Shown here piece after piece: positions 48,912-62,500 of a stretch of DNA of 64,000 nucleotides. The position numbers and the translations under genes are program-made. This DNA is from Marsupella aquatica (Eukaryota > Plantae > Marchantiophyta), in assembly GCA_973895155.1 (NCBI GenBank), contig OZ316896.1, positions 23,021,722 to 23,085,721 of the forward strand, in the 5' to 3' direction. Below the pieces are notes generated by a model that was not told where the DNA came from, searched no databases, and saw only the letters and a list, made by a program, of their open reading frames with translations. Numbering within the stretch: position 1 is the first letter of the stretch; each line of letters begins with the position of its first letter.

Positions 48912-50254
48912 TGAGAGGTCCCTTCCAAAATCTCTTGCTCTTTGCATTTCTAAGTTTTTACATTTAGAAATTAGCCAGGAATTGGTGAGGGCGCTGGGTT
49001 ACTTACCGAGACGCTTGGTTGCTTGTGCAGAAGTCCTATGAGGACCGTTGAGTAGCGGTTGTGTTGGAGAGCAAGTGCGGCTTCGTGTGGGAGGGACCGC
49101 TGGTGGTGCAAAGGGGCACTAGGTTGCTTGCTCAAGGTATTCCGTGGAGGCATTCAGGCACCAAGGGCACTTAGGCGTGAGTGCTAGGAATTGGTGAGGG
49201 CGTTGGGTGGCGAGGTCCGAGGTCCACCACTTCCAGCCACCATGGTAGATACTTACAATGACCAACACTCTACTAGTCAACACAAGATCATGGTAAGGAT
49301 TATTTTACAATGGTGTGTGGGGATTCAATTTTGTTGGCAGGTCATAACTATGGTCCATTTAAATAGCCATAGTAAGCTTTATAATACTCTCTCCCTGTTG
49401 ATCGAAGTATATATATACTGGTTAGTAGTGCTTCTCTTTATTTCTTGCCTTGAAAACTGAAAGTAGACCCATACTTTGCAGCATGCACCAGTGTAGAGTA
49501 GCCCACAAGCCGGCACTATACCCAAGATTGAAGTATAAATTGGTTAGTTGCTCTTTTTTTTGGTGCCTTGAAACCAAAATTAAGCAAACTAATCCATCAG
49601 AGGATAAAGATTCTACTCTAGAGCATATACCACTGCAGGGTAGTGTACAAGTGGGGAAGCCTTGAAAACCAAAAGCACACCAATCCAACAGAGGAGAAAC
49701 ATTCTACTATGGAGCATGCAACACTATAGGGTGGCCCACAAGCCAGGAAGCCTTGTAAACCGAAAGCAAAGCAGACCCATCCAACAAACCTAAACCTAAA
49801 CGTTCTGCTTTGGAGCATGCACCACTCTATCGGATCACATACCAGGAAGGAGAGAGGGTTGGACTAGGGCCCCAAAGCGGGCACCCCAAGGCCGAGGAGA
49901 AATCAATACTCCCCACCACTACTTCCCACCCAGAGATGGGGTCTTTGTACTAACTGCACATCAAAATATGACATACAGTGCATACAACAACCCTCCATAC
50001 CATGAAAAACCTTGTTATTTTTTAATCAATGAGTACAAACTCTATAGTTGCACATTTTGATCTGTTGTGACTACAACATGATTATAGCAGGGCCAGAGGT
50101 GCACACCAAGAGATGCACACACGTAACTGCTACAGAAGGGATTGAACCCGGGACCTCTCGGTTCCAGGCTTATCTTCTAACCAACCGAAGTTGCTTTAGT
50201 CATTCTTTTCTGCAGCTCGGGGCTTCATCTTCACACAGCTCGGGGCTTCATCTT

Positions 50255-50317
<63 letters not shown>

Positions 50318-52510
50318 GTAGCTAGAGTCCTAACACCCATTCAAGGCCACGATCACACCTAGGCTAGCATTAACACATTCTTGACCCTGTAGCGTTATCA
50401 AAAAGATAGTTGTGGTTTAACTTTCATGTCAGACATACACCTTGTCACTCATAGCCTAGAGTCCAGGTTGCCAAAGCAGATATGATCAAAAAAGCTATGA
50501 AAAACAATTGCATGTCAGACGCAGGGCTCCAAGAAACAATCTTCATTTATAAAGTCAAAAAGAGTTCTTTGTCATGTCCTGTGTGTAAAAAGTTAAAAAC
50601 ATTTAAAACAGAGCATCTTTCTTAAACTGTGAGTATACTGTAGCATGCAGTGACTTCTTCTTAATGTGCGGAGGCCAATATCACGTACTGTCATTCACCA
50701 GATGTAAGTCCACAAAAGATTAGTTCATAACAAATAAGGTGCAGCAGTATGCATTTACAGAAGTAAATGAATCTACAATGCAGTGCATCATTACTGGGTT
50801 TCAGTCAGTTTGATGTAGATCATTATCTAAAGTGAAGATATGAGTGAAACGGCTCATACCACAGCCCCCATCCTCAGGGTGAATCAGGCCATAGACAAGG
50901 ATTCGAGTTATACATTTCTGCTGCCAGTAGCTGCGCGCGGCGGCAACGGGGAGACGTATATCCACTTTAGGCTAGCATTGCAAATGAGATTAATATATGA
51001 AATGATGGTACCATGGTGTAAGATTACATACCTGTTGGCTTTGTGCCATGAGAGGTCTCTGTGCTGTCGTAAGGTGCTGGCAAAGCTTGTTAGTAGATGT
51101 TAGTGCAGTACCTGGTAGTCATTCTTGTTGCACTTAGCCTAGGTCGCTTCTAAATGTGCCACAGTAGTAAAGGACTTAAAGCAGAGTTCTTGGCATATAA
51201 GTGTGTGGCCAGAGGACAAGAGTTGATGCGTCAGAGAATGTGTGTGAAAGCGTGAAGGAATCAGCCAGAGCACAGTGACTTGAGATGTGACACGAAACCT
51301 TTCCTGCCTCTCACATACACACTTGGGACATTTGGAGGGAAATAGGAGAGCCAGGGGATGTGTACATAGCTTTTTTTAGGGCATTCGCCAAAGTGGGGAC
51401 TGTTTCAATCACTGTGTACGCTTGCCCTATTTATGTATAGGTGTATTGGTATCCATTATGTATCTAATATTGTCTGGATGGATGAGTACAGTATAGCTTC
51501 TTTTGTTTATACTATAATGTTATTTTATACCTGGTTTTTAAAGATGACCTAGGATTAGCCGTACCCTTACTAGACCAGAGAGAGATGTTTTATAAAGTAG
51601 CAAAAAACACCCAGTCAAGGCCACTTCAAGGAGTTACTTTGTCCATACATACAGCATGTCTAAGTCCTACAGTAGGGTCTGGGAGGAGTCCTGGATAAAT
51701 AAACATTACACCTTATAGTCCAAGTCAAAAACTTCATGTATTGCCGGTGACAAAGTAAGTTCACAGAAGTACAATGAAAAGTTCTGATGGAGATTAGAGA
51801 TATCAAAAAGTTAATACTCATACAGTACTCAATCCATTAACAAGACATGTCTCCAGATAGCTTCTAAGTCAAAGCATAGTGGCAGGGTCTGCTATTGGAA
51901 ATACAGAGTAAAACAAGGGATAGAAATAACTAATGACAGAAGTAACAAGTGTCACAAATAACCAGGATTTGTTAAAAAACTTTTTACAGAGTAATATGTA
52001 GATAGATCTCAACGCCAGGGGTATAGAAAGAAGAATTACACTATCAAGTCAACAAAAAACAATTTCTTGGAGATATTAGTGGTGTGGATAAGAGCGAATT
52101 GCTGCAGTGTTAAGAACAACAAAAAAAAATTAATAGTTAGCAGGGTCAGTATACAACATATGTGTAGCTTATTAGAACTGGCATCTAGCTCTAAGCAAAG
52201 CTCTATGCATGGACTATCGGTGCATCAAATCTGTTTGTCTTACAGACAGAAGTAGACCATCAACCATAACTGACGTGTAGTTGACATGACTACATTGCAA
52301 GCCCCAGGTTCGTCATTCAGCCCCCGTCCCTGGGGTGAATCAAGCCAAGTAACTGACAAATTCATGCTATATGTTTCTGTTACCAGATGCCTAGGCGGTA
52401 ATGGGGAGACATATATCAGTTATGGGCTAGACTAAGCTATTCATGAAATATAACAAAAAAGGAATCAATATGAGAAGAGCGGTACCTGTTGAGCGCGCGC
52501 CATAGCTCTG

Positions 52511-55500
52511 AACACGATTTCTGATCGAACGAGAACTATTTCCGCAAACAAGAACTATTTCCGCAAACGAGAAGTGTGTTTTCATTTTCCGCTGAATCTC
52601 GCGAAATTGGTGGTTTTTTTAATCAAAAACAGGTTTTTGGGGAAATAATGTAATCTGTATCGGAGTTCGGATTGAATCAAGAAATTCAGGAATGGTCCAA
52701 ACCACTGAAATTAATGGTCATAAACATTCAATTTATCAAGGAAAAATTAGATCCAAAAAATGTTCGCCAGAACCTCATATTCACTCTCTCCAAAGATATA
52801 TGAAACGTCTTATCTAGAAATCCATATCCACTTTTCAAACAAAGTCCGATACCTGTATCAGACTCCGGATTTCAACCATGAAAGTTCCGACCGAATCTCA
52901 ATTTCCCCAGTTTTTGGTTATTTACTGTAACTATTTTACATCACAGTCGATAAGAAATTACCGCACAATTTGTCAAACTTACCTTGCAGTTACCTCCGCA
53001 ATTGACCATAGTAACCACATACATGCATAGTCAACATGCCGTTGTCTCAACAACAATGCGCAGTCCGATAAAATTATCGCGGCAACTCCGGACGACAAAA
53101 ATACTTGCCGACAATACTAAGATCTTTCGGTTCATCGGTTAAATTTCAAAATTGCAACTATCCATATTACGAAAACACTTTTTGCAATACCAACGTCAGA
53201 TAAATTTATCGCTGCAATTTCAAAATTGCAAACTTTCCATATGAAGGAAACACTTTTTGCAATACCAACATCAAATAAATTTATCGCTGCAATTTTAAAA
53301 TTGCAACTTTCCATATGAAGGAAACACTTTTTGCAACACCAACATCAGATAGATTTATCGCTTAAATTTCAAAACTACATAATTTCTCCACGATGCACGT
53401 GTAAGAATCAAATTGGAAATCCAAGAAATATACCCTTCTCTGCTATTTTGTGGTTTAGCGAGATGGCCAATCAAAAGTGGCCACGTGGGCCAACCCCTCA
53501 ACAGACACTATAAAAGGACCACCGTCGATAAGTTTTTGGCGTCATTATCCAGAGTAGAGTTTCAGGAGTTGTGTTCTTGGAGCAACATTTTGTTGGTTGA
53601 GCCATTCGTTTTCCCTGATTGAGGGAGGAATGCAAAGCCCCATAGTGTCTCGGATAGCCATGTCTCAATCAGACACAGATTCACCTTCAAGTTCAGTTGA
53701 ATCCTCTCCTAATCTACTCTCTCACAGCAGATAGTGCCCAAATTTTTCGACGTTGATTCAGATTCTGATGCAAGTTCTGGTCTTGAGCCCAGTTCTTACT
53801 ATGTATCGCCTAGTAAACCTAAGAAGCGTCGTCTCTTGAGCGTTCCATCGCCAAGGAATGAGAAAATTACAATCCCAGGTTTAGGTCTGAGACGTCGCTT
53901 CAGGCCATCCATCCCGGGTTATGGAGAGGGTATCCGGCGACCGATACGCGTATCGCACTCAGCATTCAAGTTGCCACATTCAACACACGTTCAACGACGG
54001 ATCTTTTAGTCTCAGGGTGAGGATCAGGAGGCAGAAATACAAAGACCGATATGGCGATCGGTCTTTGCATTGCCTGGACTGGACGTGCGAGCAAGCAAGG
54101 GAATTGGATTGCAAAGTCCAGACTCGGCCCTTTCCCAAATGGTCCATGGGAATCGTGGTCAACAAGTGCTCAATTTTCCTGCAGCTCGCGGAGTCGTTGG
54201 GATTGCACGTATGAATAGTTCACCGTTCAGAGTTCCAGATTCTCCAAGTTCTCCAGGGCGGACTGTGATTGGTTCCAGGCTCCAAGTGTCAAGGAGAGGT
54301 CTTAGTGGCGTTCGGGTTACTTATGTATAGAGAGCCACGGAGTCCAATTGTGTTTTCAGATGAGTCGAGTGGATCAGAGGACGAAGATCAGGAAGGAGAT
54401 AGAGAATCCGATATCATAGCACAAGTTGTGTCTGAATGTTTAGAAGGAGCTGTAGAAGGGAATAGTTTTAGTCACCTTTTCAGTGCCCCTCTAAATGCGT
54501 TGAGGAGATCTGTGGAGGATGGTAGCTCAACAGAGAGTGATGCATCTATTCGTGAGGTACCTGAAGGAGAGGAAAATGCTAATGTTCTCATCGGATTTCA
54601 GTCTATAAAGAAGTCAAATGAGCCTAGTAAAAAAGATAGAGATCGACCGAATTACTAGGAAAGACAATTATGTGATAAATGATAAATTGAATAGAAACAA
54701 AATGCAAGAAATTTATAAGTATCCATGTTGTGATAATTTTTGTCTGAGGAATTTGGGTTTGCAGGATGTGACAAAACAACGCACATATTACTATGGGCTA
54801 TCCTACCAAGAGAAGAACGTACTTCTAAGAGGATGTGTGAAGGGTGGGCATGCCTGTGCAAGTGGTTACTCAGTTAGCGGTAGATCCTTTTGTCGGAGTG
54901 GTTTTAAGAAATTATTTTCCCTAGGAAATAATTGTCTCCAAAAAATTTGAACACATAAAAAATTGCAGCAAGCACAAAATTCTTGAACACATACGGGATG
55001 TCAGCGGAGGGAACAATAACCTCCCCCGCCACATTATATTGCACAGGCGGAACAACTTTATTTTTCTGCTTCGACCCAATCTTCAGCTGTAACAAAGGTC
55101 GCACAGAATTCCAATCAGAATGAACTCGCTTAACGAATACGAAAGCCGATAAAAATCTCGGGATGATTTTCAAATGAAACGAGTTATGCAAAAATGTACT
55201 GATGGAATGGCAAGGCCGATAAAAATCTCGCAATGATTTTTGAATGGAACGAGGAATGCAAAAATCTACTAATGGAATGGCAAGGCCAATAAAAATCTCG
55301 GGGAGAGACGGGTGCTTACCGCTTCGCTCAACTTCTCTGCCCATGTTCTCAGGACGGAAACATCCATCTCATTTGGAAACATTTCTCTGCACGTTGCCCA
55401 GTCGGGCTGCCCAGATATCTGCAAGAATAATTCTTCACCTTAATTGGAAAGTTTTTTCAGCTTTTCCCCTTCCTTGTGCATTTGATCCAAGGTGATCACT

Positions 55501-57839
55501 TTCCCAATGACCCTATTCAAGAGCCGCTTAACATGCTCCTTAGTTGACTGTCCTTGAAGACCTCAAAAAGTATTTAAATTGAGGTCACCTGCAAGTTTAT
55601 TCATTTTAATCTCTTTCAGCGTTAAAGGTTTAACCTTTCCCTTTGCATTTGTTGTTGCCACAATCTTGTTGGGTTGTCCCAAGATAGTCCCCTTCTCCCA
55701 CATCTGGAAAACTTTCTCTTGAAGATCCCAAATTTCACCTGTTTGAAAAGCAATCTGGAACGTTGGGTCATGTTTGGCCATGCTGTCACGAACACCGGGA
55801 GTGTATTCCAGCATACATTCCTGACAACAAGCGTGCCACAATATCTTTGTTGAAATGGACAGGAATGTATGTTGGAGTCATCCTACATCCATTTCAACAA
55901 AGATATTGTGGCACACACGAACTCTGTCGATATGAGTCATGTTCTTCCTATACTCCTGGTCATAATTGTGCTGGAAGCCCAACTTTTGGACCTCCGACTT
56001 GGTAAGTCCTGCGTATACCCAAGCTTCCAGCTCACCATAAATCTGCTTCCCATACATTTTATACAACTCGGCCTTTGCTCGAGCACCATGATTTCCTCCA
56101 ATAATTCTATACTTCCATACTTTGGACTGTAGAATGTCCCAATCCTCGATTGTGGGACAATCCTCCGGATCCACACACGGCACAAACGATGCGCTGAAGT
56201 TAGTGGGGTTTTTCCTTAGAAGAATCTTGATATTCTCCACATGCAATTTGTCCACTGGTCTGATCAAAGTTAACTTCTCTCGAGCTTCATCAAAAATTAA
56301 ATTGTCGACATGCAAGAGGACAGTTGTCCTTTGAAGCCTTCGCTGCATCAGCAGACTGAGCTCCGCTTTGATGGCGTCAATCTCATACATCGAAAGAGCA
56401 GTCACCTCCTCATCATCAATCTAGAAAACGCCATTTGAAATTAGATTACGAAAGAAACAATGAGATTTTTATCGGAATCCTCTTTCGTCAATAGAAAATC
56501 AAAGTTTGGTAGCACTTACCGATCAAAGCTCGGTTTATATATCTGAACGAGGCAAACGCTCGTCAATCACCAGAGGCTCCATATCGATTGGGGCTTCCAC
56601 TCCTTCCGGGGCTGTGGATAAACTCTAGGTTGTTCTCTTTCTCTTAACACTGACTCTAGAACCAGATGGCCCCGATCCCTCAGATCCTCTACTCTCGCTT
56701 ACATTTATGTAGGGCGCTTCCAAAATGCCTATACCTGCACCGGCTGCACAACCTCGACGATTGCCGCTGCCCCTTCTCCCACCCTCGGAGGGACCAGCAA
56801 CATCTTCCCTGGTGTTCCCTCTCCCTCTCCCTTTCCCCCTGCCACTTCCCTTCCCCGAACCCCTTTTGGGCTCGTCCAAAGCCGTACCTCCAGCGCTTTT
56901 TGCCGATGAAGCTCCACTCCCGTTAGAACCAGGCCTCTCAATAACTATTTTCCGGATGGGTTTGAATTCTTCACTTGTGAGCCTCTTGTACTCTGCATTC
57001 ACCCTTGGTAGCATGATGAGATCACAATCTTGGACAAACTGGCACACCCAAGCTGGGCCCATAAGATTCATTACTTTTGCGGACCTAACTTCCGCGACAA
57101 GCACGTCTTCAGGGTAACTCTCAAGGGATTTCTCAAGAAAGTTCTCCATGGTGACAATGACAGAGGTGAATCCCTTGCCTCCACACATTGTCAAGAAACT
57201 CAGACCCTCTTTCAACACTTTTGCCTCTCCTTGGCTAATCAAGTACTCACAGATCGCCACACCAACGACGGGGCTAAACGAGAGAGTAACCTTTGCGGAT
57301 TTTTGCATCTAGACACAAAGGATAGGAGACTCACAGTCTGCCATATCCTTGGACTGTAACCTAGCGTCGCGGAAGTACCACAGTTTCTTGATGAACTTGA
57401 CCTCTTCACAAATGTCTTCACTTGTCCAAATCGCGTTCGTGAGGCTTGTCATGAGACTTTCAGCCTCGGCAGATCCACTCTTCCCACTAGGACCCATGAT
57501 GACAAAGTCTACAAATCTGAATGCAAGGAGCAATAAATTTATCGCTCTGACAAACCAAAAAACCAAAAACTGGCATGCAAACATCGATACAATGAACTCA
57601 GAAAGTGCTCATTCACGTACAAGCATTAGGTCATTCCACGAGCGATACCAACTCTGATAAAATTATTGCAAACAAATATGAGCATGATATAAATTGACGG
57701 CCGAGATTACATTATCGTATGTGTGAACATCTGAAAATGCGACCAACACCGATAAAATTATTGCAAAAGTGGTCCAAACAAAAAGTGAACCTTCTTTAAA
57801 TTGACGGCCGAGTGTACAATCACGTGATAATGTGCCTAA
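52511..57839. mobile_element. Element A, duplicate copy (transposase fragment 53660-54949 +; ParB-like fragment 54961-57497 -)
   Basis: Offset 34739 from copy 1; left end AACACGATTTCTGATCGAACGAGAA at 52511. Confidence 0.8.
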
Positions 57840-58562
57840 TCAATCATCCCACCCAAGATCAAACCGCGCCACAGCGAAGTGAGAGATTAGCTTCTTGGGG
57901 CATTGGGGTATATGAGTGATTCTATGATCATAGGCCCACAGCCAATGAAAATTTGTGGCACCGGTCTCAGGATTAACTACAGCTACTGAATAGCGGCGTG
58001 ATGGAACGTTACAACAGGCATTTGTGCAACACTGACACATCTCACCATTGTCAAGGACATTTGTCCATAAACAAGATACATAAGTTAACCTAAATAACGG
58101 ACAAAGAGGCCGAGGGGGGAGTTGACAAGTCCTGTACAAATATAACTTCCCACCAGTGTCAATCAAAAACTCGGTAGCAATAGGATTGTCCAGCTGGTCA
58201 ATCGCATCCTGAATCTCATCGAATGCTCTACGTTTGTTGTGGGCATAGAATTCTGGTTCATAAACAGGATTTCCCTTCACAACATGACAGCAATGCAGTA
58301 TAAAACGTTTTACTACACCGATTTTAAGAAAGAGCAGGATAATACTTCTAGAAAATGCAGCATATCTATCCCACCGGATATAAATTTCTCCCCCTACCTG
58401 GTCTATGTAGAAGTGATATGCGTTATTATAAAATGGTTTTGCTACCAGCCTGCAAATCTTTAAAATTAGTGATTCATCCAGCTTCCTTAGATGGTCCATC
58501 AGGGCGCCATTCCCCCATTCCGGAGGATCCACGAAGGGTACAAAAATGCGTCGCTCGAGCAT
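57840..58562 (-). CDS. 240-aa unknown ORF, duplicate copy (two amino-acid differences)
   Basis: FDEIQDAIDQ here versus FDEFQDVIDQ in copy 1. Confidence 0.55.
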   Translation of the reverse strand: MLERRIFVPFVDPPEWGNGALMDHLRKLDESLILKICRLVAKPFYNNAYHFYIDQVGGEIYIRWDRYAAFSRSIILLFLKIGVVKRFILHCCHVVKGNPVYEPEFYAHNKRRAFDEIQDAIDQLDNPIATEFLIDTGGKLYLYRTCQLPPRPLCPLFRLTYVSCLWTNVLDNGEMCQCCTNACCNVPSRRYSVAVVNPETGATNFHWLWAYDHRITHIPQCPKKLISHFAVARFDLGWDD

Positions 58563-59533
58563 GGCCTGATCAGCGAATAGAAATCAGGAATACATTTTGG
58601 AGAACATACTCATTATAATTCTACAAGTTTCATTCAACTTTACAGTTCCTTGTATAACGGGCTGTGAAGCCAATGCACTTGTCAGCTAATTGTCCGTAGA
58701 GGCGCAAAAAACTACACTCTGGACCACACAACCCGAAGTCAGGCGATCAGGGTTCTGTTGTCTCAGGGAAGGCTTCCAACAATGTGGCCTCCGGCCTCTG
58801 TCCTGCCGACAAGCAACAGCTGCTTTCAAAAGAGAAGAAACCTTCAGGATCCCCGTCTGCATCAATGGACCCTGAAGATGATGCAAGACAAGGAGCGGAG
58901 GTAGAGCCGTTGTCACCACTCTTGCATAGTCGCTCATTTTCACAACAGGCGCAAGAAATTCAAGCAGATGAGGAGGTTGCACACAACAATGGAGATGAGC
59001 ATAGTCAAAAATAATTGTCGACATCGACTATCAACTTGCATGTTGATTGCTTCACTCCGTCCACCCAGAGTTACATTCAATCTGATGAGGATGATGAAAG
59101 TGCTTATTTGCGCCGTAATGATAAAACAAAACAACAAGAGGTAAGTAAGTACCGTCATGCTGCACTCTTATATTATATATGGTAAATGTATTGCACAGTG
59201 ACAATACTAAGTCAATCTGTTTACGGTATGTACTTATTCTGCAGGTAAAGAGGCAAAAAGTGACAGCAATACTGTAGACGAAAACAACCCTCTCTTGTAC
59301 AAGGTACAAATCTGAACGTGCAATATTTCATTTTGTAGGTGGATATAATGTGATCAAGTTCCCCTCGTACTACTGTAAGTGATGCTTGAAAAGTTTCTTA
59401 GAGGTGCTTTTGAGACTTGATTGATGATTTGCGCTGTGGTAGGTAAAGTGAGAAAGACAAAGAACAAGATGGAGTCCTTGGAAGCATTGGTAACCTCAAT
59501 TCACCCTTGACAAGAACACGACGAGGCAAGGTT

Positions 59534-62500
59534 AACACAGTGACGGACCAAACGAGAAGTGTGACCACCCTTCTTGTTTTGCCCAATCGCAAAATCGCGG
59601 CTAAGTAAAGAAATCTCCGATACGAAACGCCCATGAGTGCGAATATCGTTTGTTTTGGACTCGGTTTTGGAGTCTTGAAAGTGAAGAGCGATACGCGGAT
59701 CGCTCTTCGCATTGCGCAACCAAACAGTAAGAAAAAAATCCACTTGAGATAGTAAACTGCATAAACTGCGCGGTTGACTACGAAACTTAATCCATGGTTA
59801 ATTCTAACTCAACTTTGGTTAACGGAAACTAACCATGGTTAACGGCCAAAACTATATATATGAGTGCTCGGCCGTTCATTTCTCTTTCGGACAAATACAA
59901 ACTGCTTGGTGCTCCCTGATCATTGTTTACCAAGCTGCAAAACTAACCATACAAACCTACATTTGAGTATCAATCGCACGTTTGATACAAGTATCGAAGG
60001 TTGCATTTGATCCTTATTTTGAACTTGAAATAGGAAAATCGATACCGGTATCGCCTTCTCTATTCCGGTTAGACTTCTTGAGAGGTGTTTTTCTTTTGCT
60101 AGGCCATTCGCGAATGCCCTCGACGATACGCGTATCGCAAATTGGATTGCGGACCCAACTTTTGTGTTAGTGGGAAACTTCTGACACCGATAGCGCCAAA
60201 ACAATTGAAGATTCACATAGGAAGCTTAGTCTTTTTGCGAGAAGGTACGGGTACCATACTAGGTTTTGATTTTATTTCCATTATAGCGGCCATTTGCTAA
60301 CATTGATCGGTGGTTTCTTAAACAGCTTGTAGAGGCACGAGAAGCATCCGTCACTTTGAAGGTATGGTTACCACACAATCAATGTCGAGCAAACTTATTG
60401 GCAAGCTGTATTCATAGGTTGTTTAAGTTCTGGAACTTATATTTATGAAACCAAGTTATGTAGCCATATGATTTCCAGCTTCAATATGTTTACATGTTTG
60501 TGGTAAATTCTAGGGTTTGGAGAGAGCGAGACGATCTACCAGTATCACGGTTGTCATTCCGAAGGCCTACTCCAAAGAGACTGGTATCATAGATATCATT
60601 AAGTATATTAATCAATTGCACCTACCCTCTAATCCGTAACAATGGCGCCCAATCAGAGGAGTGGTTCTCAAGATGATGAGAGTTTGATGAGTAGCCTCTG
60701 CTCTTCAATCTGGCAGAATGAGGAGATTTGTGATGAGCAGAAATTCCTGAAGAAGAACTGGCATACAGTGCGCGACGCTATCGGAATGTTTCCTGATAAG
60801 GAAATTGACAAACCTTTTTTGTGGGTTCGAATCAAGAAGTCTGAGAAGGTTACCCTTTCATTCGGTCCGGTTGTAGCGTTTGCAGTTTGTGACTACATGA
60901 AGAGAAGAGGGAAAGATAAAGAAGCCAAGCAGGCTTTAAATTTCTTGACTATGATGGGGACGAAGCCGTTCACTTCTATTATTCTTGATGTGGATTATTT
61001 TGACTTGAAGGCGATGGAAGCACACCCAGAGGATGCAGTTTTCAAGGAGTTGACAGATATTTTCTCTTGCGATTTAAAATTGACCCTTGAATGGTTTGAG
61101 AAATATGTTGCAGATTGTGACGAAGTACTGCTGCCACAAGTTTAGGCAGAATACAAGAAGATTTTTGGGCAGGATTTCAAAAAGACACTAAAATTGAAAG
61201 TCAAGAGAAAGACTGCAGAGGTAAGTGGGAGCTTGACAGCACAGGATCAGGTTGGCAAAGATCATGAGGGAGGATCAACCGGTGGAACAAAAGTAGGAAG
61301 TAAAAGTAGAACGGGTGGTCAGCGAAAAGAGACTCGCCAAGGACCGAGTGAGAAAGCGGTGAGTGGAGGTGCATGAGGGAGCCACCCCAGAAGGAAGCAA
61401 TCCGGTTCTCGTTTGAGTAAAGATGATGACACCATTGGGGAAGTGGAAACCAAACATTTGAGTGACGTCCAAAAAGGGAGAGACAGCGCCGCCGCATCCG
61501 AGGGAGCTTTAGAAGTTGAAATGTTTCGACAAGACATTGTAAGTAATGTTTAATCGTTGAATAGTCCAAAGAAAGTGGTTTGATGATATTTTGGATTTCA
61601 CTACCAATTGCAACATCCCCGTGAGCTTGTGTTACCTCTTGTGAACAAGCGTTATGTGTGACTTTTCAGACAATCAGGTCACTTGTGTTTTGCTATGAAA
61701 TTTCTGATACCGGTATCGGTTGAAACATCCCCATTATTGTTTATAAACCTTTTGTTCCTCTCATGCTTGGAAACCTCATCCTAAGATGTTTTCTATGTAG
61801 GATGGAGACGATCTTACCGCACTTGAAAAGTACGAGACTGATGCCCTGCGCGCGGATCTTTTTGAGTTGATGACGAGTCGTAGAGTACTACAAACTACTG
61901 TTATTTTAAGTGTGAAAAATCTCATTCTTGATGAAGGATCTGATGAATCTACCCTCATCCGCCCGGTGGATCGTTTACATTTGGAGAATATCAAATCTCT
62001 TTTGATCCAAAATCCAACAAATTTTAGCGCACCGTTTGTTCTTCATGTGGACCCAAGTGATTGCCCAACAGTCAAGGATTGGGACCAGTCTAAGTATATG
62101 AACTGGAAGTATAGAGTGATTGGCGGGAATCATGGTGCACGGGCGAAGAATGAGTTGTTTGAACAATATGGGAAAAAGATCTTTGGAGAAGTTGAAGCAT
62201 GGGTTTACGCTGGCCTCTCAAAACCTGAGTTTCGAAAATTGGGTTGGAAGCATAACATAGACCAGGAGTACAGGAAGACAATGACAAATACTGATAAACT
62301 CAGGGCCTGTCATAATTTGTATTTGGAGTTCATGCAAACGAAGAAAAAAGATCTTCGATTTGCTTGTTGTGAGGAGTGTGGCCTTGTGTACAATCCGAAG
62401 GATAGAGAGAGTGTTTCAAAATATGATCCAATGTTTCAAATTGCATTTCGGCACGGAGAAATATGGGATCTTACAGATACAATTTTGACAATGTGGTCAA